Source: Candidatus Pampinifervens sinense
GTDB taxonomy: Bacteria; Aquificota; Aquificia; Aquificales; Aquificaceae
Reading direction: 5' to 3'
Assembly: GCA_037927135.1 (NCBI GenBank)
Contig: JAXSPP010000001.1
Coordinates: 160,001 to 224,000, forward strand
Length of the DNA stretch: 64,000 bases
In this document: one piece after another, positions 56,369-64,000 of the stretch
Layout of the letters: the number at the start of each line of letters is the position of its first letter
How positions within the stretch are numbered: the first letter of the stretch is position 1
Program-made: the position numbers and the translations under genes
Notes under the pieces: generated by a model
Told to the model about the DNA's origin: nothing
Database searches by the model: none
What the model saw: only the letters and a program-made list of their open reading frames with translations

Positions 56369-58042
56369 TCTTCTGTGTATGGCAAGGTAAGGTGGTGTTC
56401 TAAAGGGTAGGTGCCTTCGCACAAAGTAGTAGCGTGCTATGTGATAGCTTGGGTCAAAGCCATAAAAGTTTAGCCTCATCCTTTCAAGCTCTTCCTCTCT
56501 GTAGGCCTTAAGGGGCTTTATGGACCAGTCTCTTAGCCTTTCTTCCCTTTTGCTTTTTATGAAGCTTTCAAAATCTTTTGAATTCACAAAGGATAGAACA
56601 AACTCCCTTAGCTTGTTTAAAAACTCCTCCGGGCTTTTGCCAAAAACACCATCCAAAAGGCCAAGTTCAAAGGCCCTTTTTGAACTTATGGGCATCCTGT
56701 TTTCCATTATCTCCCTTCCCCTTTCCCATCCTACCCTTTTGGGCAAGGTATAGGTCCAAAATTCAGAACCATAGAGGTTTCCAATGTTTTTGTAATGAGG
56801 GTTAAGGACCACACCCTCCCTTGCAAAAACCATGTCGCAAGTAAGTGCTAAGAAGACGCCGCCAGCGCCCGCATTCCCCCTTATGCCAGCCACCGTGAGT
56901 TTGTCAAGGGTGGTAAGGATTTCTTCGCAAAGGTCATCCATGGCGTTTATATTCCTCCAAGACTCATCGGCTGGGCTGTCCGAGGCCTCTATGGTGTTTA
57001 GGTTCATGCCATTGGAGAAAAAGTCTTCACCACCCAGCAAAACTATAACCTTCACAGGCCTTAGCTTGGCATACCTTATGACCTCCAAAAGCCTCTCGCA
57101 ATCCTCTGTGGACATGGCACCGTTGTAAAACTCAAACTCTATAAAGGCCACGCCCTTTTCTTCTCTGTAGACTATCTCCCTGTATGTGGGAAAATCCACA
57201 AACTCCCAAGGCTTTATAGCCTCTTCCCTTAGTCTTTCTACTATCCTTTGAGGAAGGACCTTTATGGCAGGAAGCTTTATAGAATGCTTTTCTCTCCTTC
57301 TCATATGGCCTATCCAAAGGGCACCATCCTTTGTTCCTATGCATACGGCATTGTCCCTCCTTGCTATAAGCCTGCCGGGTTCTCCCTTAAGAAAGGCTTC
57401 AGGATGCGCATTAAAGAGGTAGTACTCCTCTCCTTCTATGCTTGCCAAGGCGCCGGGCTGGCTGTCGCTTGCGTATATCTTTTTTAAGACCTCCTCCGTA
57501 GAATCCCTATGCCAGTCTATCTTCCTCAAGCTTATATCTACCTTTGGGTTAAACACACCATCCTCTTGTGGCCTTCCCCTCCTCTCTCCCCTTTCTATCT
57601 TCTCCAAAGCCTCCCAAAGGGCCTCCACGGCCCCTTCCGTTGTCTCCCTCCTGTATAGGCTTGCCTTCCTTGCCCTCCTCATGGGAAAGGCCCTGTGGGC
57701 CCACACATCACCCGCATCGTAGTCTTCTACCGCTGAAAGGATGCAAACTCCCCACTCCTTTTCACCTCTAAGGATGGCCCAATCTAAGGCGTTTGGCCCC
57801 CTGTCCCCCGGTGGCCCGGGATGCACAACAAGGGTCAAGTGCTTCTCCCAAACCTCTTTTGGTATCTTCCTCTTTAAAAAGGGTGCTATGATAAGATCTG
57901 GCTTGTATAGGTTTACTGCTTCTATGGTTAGTTCTGGATGAACGTCAAGCTCCACCGATACCTCATGGCCCCTTTCGGAGAGTTCACAGTAGAACCTCTG
58001 AGACAAAGAGTTGAAGCGATGGCAAAGTAAAAGGATTCTCAT
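56336..58042 (-). CDS. hypX: Hydrogenase maturation factor HypX/HoxX (formyltransferase + enoyl-CoA hydratase-like domains)
   Basis: HPGPPGDRGPNALDWA, FYNGAMST, GNAGAGGVFLAL and NLYGSEFWTY motifs. Confidence 0.92.
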   Translation of the reverse strand: MRILLLCHRFNSLSQRFYCELSERGHEVSVELDVHPELTIEAVNLYKPDLIIAPFLKRKIPKEVWEKHLTLVVHPGPPGDRGPNALDWAILRGEKEWGVCILSAVEDYDAGDVWAHRAFPMRRARKASLYRRETTEGAVEALWEALEKIERGERRGRPQEDGVFNPKVDISLRKIDWHRDSTEEVLKKIYASDSQPGALASIEGEEYYLFNAHPEAFLKGEPGRLIARRDNAVCIGTKDGALWIGHMRRREKHSIKLPAIKVLPQRIVERLREEAIKPWEFVDFPTYREIVYREEKGVAFIEFEFYNGAMSTEDCERLLEVIRYAKLRPVKVIVLLGGEDFFSNGMNLNTIEASDSPADESWRNINAMDDLCEEILTTLDKLTVAGIRGNAGAGGVFLALTCDMVFAREGVVLNPHYKNIGNLYGSEFWTYTLPKRVGWERGREIMENRMPISSKRAFELGLLDGVFGKSPEEFLNKLREFVLSFVNSKDFESFIKSKREERLRDWSIKPLKAYREEELERMRLNFYGFDPSYHIARYYFVRRHLPFRTPPYLAIHRRLSFQSPPKVF

Positions 58043-59160
58043 CTTAGCCCCCTGTATTTAAAGTAGGCGTTGCAAGCACCCTCAGAAGAGACCATGCAGG
58101 ACCCAAGAGGGTTGGAGGGTGTGCAAACACTTCCAAAGAGTTTGCAGTCTGTAGGCCTTGCTATCCCTCTTATGACCTTACCGCATATGCAGGCCGGATG
58201 CTCTTTTGCCTCTGGAAGTCTTACCTCAAACCTCTTTTCCGCGTCAAAGTCCTCATAAAAGGAGTTTATTTTGAGGGCGCTGTAAGGAACTTTGCCAAGG
58301 CCCCTCCACTCAAACTCCTTCCTTAGTTCAAAGACCTCTGCCACAAGCCTTTGTGCCTTTATGTTCCCTTCCCTGCTTACAGCCCTTTTATATTGGTTTT
58401 CCACAAAGGCCTTCCTTTCCCTTATCTGCCTTGCTATCATATAAACGGACTGCATCACATCAATGGGCTCAAAGCCCGATATGACCACTGGCTTTAAAAA
58501 CTCCTCCGCAAAGTATTCATAAGGCCTTGTGCCTATTATTACGCTCACATGGCCCGGCCCTATGAAGGCGTCTATATGCACCTTCCCATAGTCCCTTAGC
58601 TCTGGTGCGTTAAGTATATGTTGTATGGCCGCCGGCGTTATAACATGGTTGCATACCACAGAGAGGTTCTTTAGTCCAAGCTCCTTTGCCCTCTTTATAA
58701 GCACCGCCGTCTGCGGTGTGGTGGTCTCAAAGCCTATGGCAAAAAAGACCACCTCTTTATGTGGATTTTCTTGTGCAATGCCAATAGCGTCAAGGCATGA
58801 ATAGACCATTCTAATGTCCCTACCCTCAGCCCTTATATCCATAAGGCTCTTCCTTTGAGAACCAGGAACTCTAAGCACATCCCCGTAGGTGCAAAGTATT
58901 ACATTCTCTTTTCTTGCCAGTTCAATGGCCAAGTCTACCCTGCTTATGGGAAGGACGCATACAGGACAGCCCGGGCCATGAACAAAGATAACATAGTCTT
59001 CCAAAAGCTGGTCTATTCCGTATTTTACTATGGTATGCGTGTGGCCCCCACAGAACTCCATTATCCTTATAGGCCTTCCTATCTCTTCCACCTTTTTCTT
59101 TATGGCCTTCTGTAGTCTTTTTATACCTTCCGCTTCCCTAAGGGCAGTGTTAAGGCTCAT
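58039..59160 (-). CDS. hypD: Hydrogenase maturation protein HypD
   Basis: MEFCGGHTH, GPGCPVC, GFETT, PGHVS and CMVSSEGAC motifs; start ATG 59160 behind GGAGG. Confidence 0.96.
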   Translation of the reverse strand: MSLNTALREAEGIKRLQKAIKKKVEEIGRPIRIMEFCGGHTHTIVKYGIDQLLEDYVIFVHGPGCPVCVLPISRVDLAIELARKENVILCTYGDVLRVPGSQRKSLMDIRAEGRDIRMVYSCLDAIGIAQENPHKEVVFFAIGFETTTPQTAVLIKRAKELGLKNLSVVCNHVITPAAIQHILNAPELRDYGKVHIDAFIGPGHVSVIIGTRPYEYFAEEFLKPVVISGFEPIDVMQSVYMIARQIRERKAFVENQYKRAVSREGNIKAQRLVAEVFELRKEFEWRGLGKVPYSALKINSFYEDFDAEKRFEVRLPEAKEHPACICGKVIRGIARPTDCKLFGSVCTPSNPLGSCMVSSEGACNAYFKYRGLR

Positions 59161-59383
59161 TTTCCTCCTCCAATAGCTCTTCAAAAAGCCTTAGGCTTTC
59201 AAGGGCATAGTCTGGGTCCAGCTTTTGTATGGCAAAGCCCACATGCACAAGCACCCAATCGCCCACCTTTACATCCTCCTGCAAAAGGTCAAGGGAAACA
59301 AGCCTTCTTGCCCCAAAAACCTCCACCACCGCCGTGTTGTCTTCCTTTATTTCAACCACCCTTGAAGGCACCGAGAGACACAT
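59150..59383 (-). CDS. hypC: Hydrogenase chaperone HypC
   Basis: MCLSVP...VGDWVLVHVGFA. Confidence 0.96.
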   Translation of the reverse strand: MCLSVPSRVVEIKEDNTAVVEVFGARRLVSLDLLQEDVKVGDWVLVHVGFAIQKLDPDYALESLRLFEELLEEENEP

Positions 59384-59458
59384 GCCATCCTCCTGAATGC
59401 TTTTTCATTCATACTAAAGATATGCCATAGTTCCAATTATGCAATATAATAAAAAGCC

Positions 59459-60142
59459 ATGGAATCAAGGATAAAAGCCCTGCTCATAGACATAGAAGGC
59501 ACCACCTCTTCCCTCTCTTATGTAAAAGATGTTATGTTCCCATACTCTAAGCAAAGATTAAGAGACTTTCTATCAAAGCATTGGCAGGAGGGAAGGGTAA
59601 GCTCTATCATAAAAAGGCTGGAAGAAAAGCTGGGGAAAAGGCTTGACCTTGAAGAGGTGGTAAAGGTCTTTGAAGATTGGATAGACAGGGACCTAAAGGA
59701 GCCTTTGCTTAAAGAGCTTCAAGGGCACATATGGGAGGAGGGTTTTCTATCTGGAGAGTTAAGGGGGCATATATACGAGGATGCATACAAAAGGTTAAAA
59801 GAGTGGAAAGAAAAGGGCTATAAACTCTACATATTCTCCTCTGGATCTGTAAAGGCTCAAAAGCTCTTTTTTGGACACACGGATTATGGAGACCTCACAG
59901 GCCTTTTTGACGGCTTTTTTGATACAACCATAGGAAGCAAAAAGGAGAAAGGGTCTTATGAAAGGATAGCAAAGGAGGTGGGTTTAGAACCAAAAGAATT
60001 CCTCTTTTTGTCCGATGTGGAAGAGGAATTAAACGCGGCAAGGGATGCGGGCATGAACACCATAAAGCTTGACAGGTATGACAGCAAAGAGCCTTCCTCC
60101 CATAGGGTAGTTAAGAGCTTTCTTGAGATTGACCTCCCTTGA
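59459..60142 (+). CDS. mtnC: Acireductone synthase / enolase-phosphatase E1
   Basis: DIEGTT, LKELQGHIW, SSGSVKAQKLFF and FLSD motifs. Confidence 0.93.
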   Translation: MESRIKALLIDIEGTTSSLSYVKDVMFPYSKQRLRDFLSKHWQEGRVSSIIKRLEEKLGKRLDLEEVVKVFEDWIDRDLKEPLLKELQGHIWEEGFLSGELRGHIYEDAYKRLKEWKEKGYKLYIFSSGSVKAQKLFFGHTDYGDLTGLFDGFFDTTIGSKKEKGSYERIAKEVGLEPKEFLFLSDVEEELNAARDAGMNTIKLDRYDSKEPSSHRVVKSFLEIDLP

Positions 60143-61442
60143 GGACTACTTTTAAGGCATACAGCACAAAAATCACACCGCCCGCAACGGCCAAAAGGGT
60201 GCCTACACCCATCAGAGACAGATAAAAGATCACCATAGGGTCCTGGGTAAAGCCAGTGCCGTATGTCTTGCGCGGAGCGCCCTTTAGGCCTGCAAAAAAG
60301 AGTCCAAGGACAAAGAGGACCATGCCAACGCCGTAGAGATAGACCTGTGGTAAGGCCACTTTGCTTAGCTTTTTAACATATCCATAGGACAAAAAGAGGC
60401 TGTAGGCTACGGCCATGAAAGCAAGGGTTTGGCTTGTGATAACTCCATGGTAGTGGGCTGGTATGCTGAGGTTTGAGGACATGCCTATGTATTCTCCCTC
60501 TGGGTTAAGGGCGTAAGAGACCAAAGAAGGAAGGACTCCTGCATAGGCTATAAAGACGCCAAGAAGATAGAGGATTACGGATATGAGGAGGGTTGTGGAG
60601 GGAAGGTTTTTGAGGTCAAGCTTTGAGTTTTTGAGAATGTTGAAAAGATGGAAGAATATGGGGAGGCCAAGGCCTATGGCATAGCCCATATCTGTAAACC
60701 TTCTTGCACCTTCTGATACAGGGTTGCCAAAGATGATGGGCAAAAGCACATACATAAAGCTAAAGGAAAGAAAAAGAAAGCTAAGGTATTTTAGTCTTCC
60801 AATCTGCACCTTTATTCCCTGTTTTTCAAGGAGAAAATACCACGCATAGAGTAGCATGGTGCCGTTTATAAACTGGTGAATATGCCCTGGCGCCCAATAG
60901 AGCCTTTCATAGAATAGGTAAAGCTCTTCTTTTGATCCAGCCTTTGGTATGGAGGTGAGGAAGGCAAAGAACATAAGAATGGAAAGAAGCACCGCCACAG
61001 AGGCAAGGTGTTCCTTTGGTTCTTCCGAAAAAAGGCCTCTTTCTGCACTTTTTAGAAGGCTAAAGGCACCAAGCCAAAAGCCAGAAAAGAAAAGAAGGGC
61101 GCCAAGCCAAAAGATAGGATGGTCAATTGTAGGTAGATAATTATTGGAAACGGCCTTCCCCACACCAAGCAAGGAAACCAAGGCTATTAGCACAATGCCA
61201 CCAAGGGAAAGGTAAAAGGGAGCTTTTAGCTCCTTTTTAAAGCTTATCTGCCAAAGCAAGAGGGTAAAGGTGAGGAAAAAGCCCACTATGGCAAGGTCCA
61301 CATGGCCTATTATGGAATGGTAAAAGTAGCCTGGGGGAACAAGCTTGTATATGGCAGGTGTTCGGGCTATGGCTGCCACAAGGGCAAGAAAGCCTCCAAG
61401 TCCAAGGGAAACTACAGAGAGCAAAAGCCACCTTTTTTCCAT
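60111..61442 (-). CDS. Heme-copper oxidase subunit I-like membrane protein lacking the CuB His-His pair
   Basis: SIIGHV, LYWAPGH, IPAHYHG and GAPRK motifs; no HH anywhere in the protein. Confidence 0.65.
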   Translation of the reverse strand: MEKRWLLLSVVSLGLGGFLALVAAIARTPAIYKLVPPGYFYHSIIGHVDLAIVGFFLTFTLLLWQISFKKELKAPFYLSLGGIVLIALVSLLGVGKAVSNNYLPTIDHPIFWLGALLFFSGFWLGAFSLLKSAERGLFSEEPKEHLASVAVLLSILMFFAFLTSIPKAGSKEELYLFYERLYWAPGHIHQFINGTMLLYAWYFLLEKQGIKVQIGRLKYLSFLFLSFSFMYVLLPIIFGNPVSEGARRFTDMGYAIGLGLPIFFHLFNILKNSKLDLKNLPSTTLLISVILYLLGVFIAYAGVLPSLVSYALNPEGEYIGMSSNLSIPAHYHGVITSQTLAFMAVAYSLFLSYGYVKKLSKVALPQVYLYGVGMVLFVLGLFFAGLKGAPRKTYGTGFTQDPMVIFYLSLMGVGTLLAVAGGVIFVLYALKVVLKGGQSQESS

Positions 61443-61443
61443 C

Positions 61444-62322
61444 TTATCTCCTCATGTCAAAAACCATTACAGAAAAGAGCAAGGCTATGTATAGCACGGA
61501 GTAGAAAAAGAGGAACATACCGTTGGGCTTTTTGGAAAGGACAAACTTGAAGGTGAGTATAAGATAGAGGGAGCTAAGTATTAAGGCAGAAACAAAGTAT
61601 ATATGGCCTGCGATGCCGTATATGGAAGGAAGGAGGCTTAGGGGCAAAAGGCTTGCGGTGTAAATGAGCGTTTTTATTTTTGTGTGCTTTATGCCCTTTG
61701 CTACAGGGAGGGTTGGTATGCCCGCACGCCTATAATCTTCCGCATACTTTATGGCCAGCACCCAAAAGTGGGGTGGTTGCCACATGAACATTATGAGGAA
61801 GAGTATTAGAGCTTCAAAACCTACTTCTCCTCTAACGGCAGCGTAACCTATCACAGGCGGCAAAGATCCAGATATGCCACCTATCTCCGTAGCAAGGGGG
61901 CTTTTTCTCTTTAGAGCAAGGGTATAAACTACCACATAAAAGAAGGAGGCTAAGAAAACGAAAAAGGTAGCAAGAAGGTTGACCTTTGAGGAGAGAACAA
62001 GGAAGGAGGTCAAAAGTAGAAAAGAACCAAATATGAAGGCATTTTTAGGGTTTATACTTCCGCTCGGCAAGGGCCTATTTTTAGTCCTACTCATAAGGGC
62101 ATCTATGTCTTTGTCAAAAAAGTGGTTTAGGACTGCAGAACCCGCCGAAGCCAAGCCAGTACCCCAAAGGGTCCAAAAGACGAGCCATGGGTCTGGAAAG
62201 CCCCTTTGTGCAAAGTACATACCCGTAAGGGTTGTTATCAAAACAAGTAGAACTATGCCAGGCTTTGTAAGGATTAGATAGTCCTTTAGCACACCGCTGT
62301 ATGTTAAAGCTTTGCTCACCAT
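61444..62322 (-). CDS. ctaB: Heme O synthase (protoheme IX farnesyltransferase)
   Basis: LTKPGI, DIDALMSRTKNRPLPSG, WQPPHFW and DYRRAGIP motifs. Confidence 0.95.
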   Translation of the reverse strand: MVSKALTYSGVLKDYLILTKPGIVLLVLITTLTGMYFAQRGFPDPWLVFWTLWGTGLASAGSAVLNHFFDKDIDALMSRTKNRPLPSGSINPKNAFIFGSFLLLTSFLVLSSKVNLLATFFVFLASFFYVVVYTLALKRKSPLATEIGGISGSLPPVIGYAAVRGEVGFEALILFLIMFMWQPPHFWVLAIKYAEDYRRAGIPTLPVAKGIKHTKIKTLIYTASLLPLSLLPSIYGIAGHIYFVSALILSSLYLILTFKFVLSKKPNGMFLFFYSVLYIALLFSVMVFDMRR

Positions 62323-63179
62323 GCAGGCCTTAACCTTGCCTCATAGGATCTTAGTTGAAGGTTGTAAGTGAGCCATGCAAAGAGGAAAAAGCCCATGGCA
62401 GTGTCTAAAAAGACTAAAGGTAGAAAGAATCCTGTTAGCACCATGGATATGGCAAAGACAAATTGGATGTTTATAAGGATGAAGGCGGTCAAAGTGGTCC
62501 TGTTAAAGTTGGAAACCATGGCCAAGAGGAAGGAAAGCCATGTTACGTAGGCTATATTCCTGTGAGCAAACTGGAGAGCCACTTGCCAATTGTTAAGATC
62601 TGGTATGAGCTTGCCGTTGCAAAGGGGCCACTCATGGCCACAGGCCTCACCGGAGCCCGTATACCTTACCAACACACCAGTTATCATAGTGGTTATGGCA
62701 AAAAGGTAGGCCCACCAAGGCACACCACCTTCACCTTCCCTTTTCCATAGAAATCTATAAGTGAGAATGAGAGAACCAAGTATGATCATGGACTCATATA
62801 TGTGGAAAGACTCTAAAAGCATATGGGAAAAGTACTTCAAATGGGGTGTTTCCATCTTTATCATCTTCATACCAGTTAAGGCCGCGGAAAGGGTGAATAT
62901 TAGAGCTATGAGGGATGCTATCTTGGCTGGTTTTGGAGAGTTTTTGTTCTTAAACCACACGAATAAAAAGGTAAGGAGGACGAATATACCAGCAAGACCG
63001 CTTACCGTTCTGTGCCCCATCTCTAGCTTGGCAGAAGTCTCCTTTGGAAGGCTAAAATCTCCGTAGCATAGAGGCCAATCTGGACAGGCAAGACCTGAAT
63101 CGGTTGACCTTACCAGCCCTCCCCATATCATAACCGCGTAGGTAAAGAGTATGGCAAGTATCAATAAAATTCTGAGCAT
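62316..63179 (-). CDS. ctaA: Heme A synthase (COX15/CtaA family, type 1)
   Basis: GLACPDWPLC, EMGHR, second CGHEWPLC and QFAHR motifs. Confidence 0.85.
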   Translation of the reverse strand: MLRILLILAILFTYAVMIWGGLVRSTDSGLACPDWPLCYGDFSLPKETSAKLEMGHRTVSGLAGIFVLLTFLFVWFKNKNSPKPAKIASLIALIFTLSAALTGMKMIKMETPHLKYFSHMLLESFHIYESMIILGSLILTYRFLWKREGEGGVPWWAYLFAITTMITGVLVRYTGSGEACGHEWPLCNGKLIPDLNNWQVALQFAHRNIAYVTWLSFLLAMVSNFNRTTLTAFILINIQFVFAISMVLTGFFLPLVFLDTAMGFFLFAWLTYNLQLRSYEARLRPAW

Positions 63180-63190
63180 AGTACATTAAA

Positions 63191-64000
63191 TTATATATCA
63201 AGTAATCTAATCCAAATTGGTATTGTTATGAAGCTAAGTATCATACCCACACCAGCGCTGGCAAGGGCAAGGCTGTAATTTAGCCCATACTTCAACATCA
63301 AAAGGCTGGCAGTTATCATGGTAGGCATGGCGGACTCAAGCACAGAGACTTTATAGGCCAAGCCCCCCACTGGTAAAAGCTTAAAGATCATCAAAGCCAA
63401 AAATGGTGAAACAAAAAGCTTTAAAAATAAGGCAGTAATCAAAAGTCTAAGATCCCTTTTTACATTAGAAAGTTCTAGGGAGAGCCCTAAGGAAAAGAGG
63501 ACCACTGGCAAAAGGGAGGCTATAGAAAAGTCTATGAACTTCCAAAGGTAGTCCGGAAGGCTTATACCCCTTGTCAAAAAGCCTAGAGTTAATCCCAAAA
63601 AGGGTGGAAAGAAGAGCACAGATCTGAGGCTTAACTTACCATTTATGATCAAAAAGCCCAAAGAAGAGACGGCAAGAAAGGAACCCATGCTATCGTATAT
63701 GACGGCATACTTTAGACCTTCTAAGCCAAAGTAAGAAAAGGTATAAGGATATCCTAGAAAAGCCGTATTTCCAAAGGCGGAAACTACCATGAGACTTCTA
63801 AGATCAATAGTGTCTAGCTTCAAAAGCCTTCCTACTATGAAGGCACACGCTATGGAAAGGACTATAACTATCCAGGCACCAAGGCCTATGAAGAACACCT
63901 CCTTTGAAAAACCCAAGTGGTAGGCTGTTTTAAAGCTGAGCTGTGGTAAGGCAAAGTAGAGCACATAGTTTACAAGCACTTTAGAGTGGTCGCTAGAGAA
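63191..64000 (-). CDS. AEC (auxin efflux carrier)-family transporter, 5' end outside window
   Basis: VLYFALP, FGNTAFLGYP and VLESAMP motifs; frame open to window edge. Confidence 0.85.
   Translation of the reverse strand, partial: FSSDHSKVLVNYVLYFALPQLSFKTAYHLGFSKEVFFIGLGAWIVIVLSIACAFIVGRLLKLDTIDLRSLMVVSAFGNTAFLGYPYTFSYFGLEGLKYAVIYDSMGSFLAVSSLGFLIINGKLSLRSVLFFPPFLGLTLGFLTRGISLPDYLWKFIDFSIASLLPVVLFSLGLSLELSNVKRDLRLLITALFLKLFVSPFLALMIFKLLPVGGLAYKVSVLESAMPTMITASLLMLKYGLNYSLALASAGVGMILSFITIPIWIRLLDI

Noticed and set aside
59413-59427. sigma54-like TGGCATATCTTTAGT upstream of hypC (minus strand)
   Set aside because: The -12 element is GT rather than GC; too weak to call

Overview
Gene-dense chromosomal window from a thermophilic Aquificaceae-like bacterium (Hydrogenobacter/Thermocrinis-like, inferred from gene content and protein style). 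It is mostly housekeeping: dxr-kdsD-ppa-pth-rplY-prs-tRNA(Gln)-ispE, groESL, murG-galU-dapA-rusA-upp, clpB, purF, kdsA, uvrC, proB, icd, murD-mrdA-mreDCB and spoT. It also carries chemolithotrophy functions: a sigma54-driven arsenite oxidase aioBA, modABC with an XRE-PBP regulator, SulP, hypCDX, heme O/A synthases with a degenerate heme-copper oxidase subunit I homologue, and a pilMNOPQ/two-pilin locus. No IS, prophage or CRISPR array was seen. The main signals outside the ORF track are a candidate ~70-nt C-rich sRNA with its own promoter, a CRP/FNR-type box and a terminator between the pilins and icd; widespread -10-box-N7-ATG leaderless architecture; a strong internal start in clpB; HAIR-like operators at groESL and clpB; and an ispE stop codon inside tRNA-Gln. 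All calls come from motif reading only, with no database searches.
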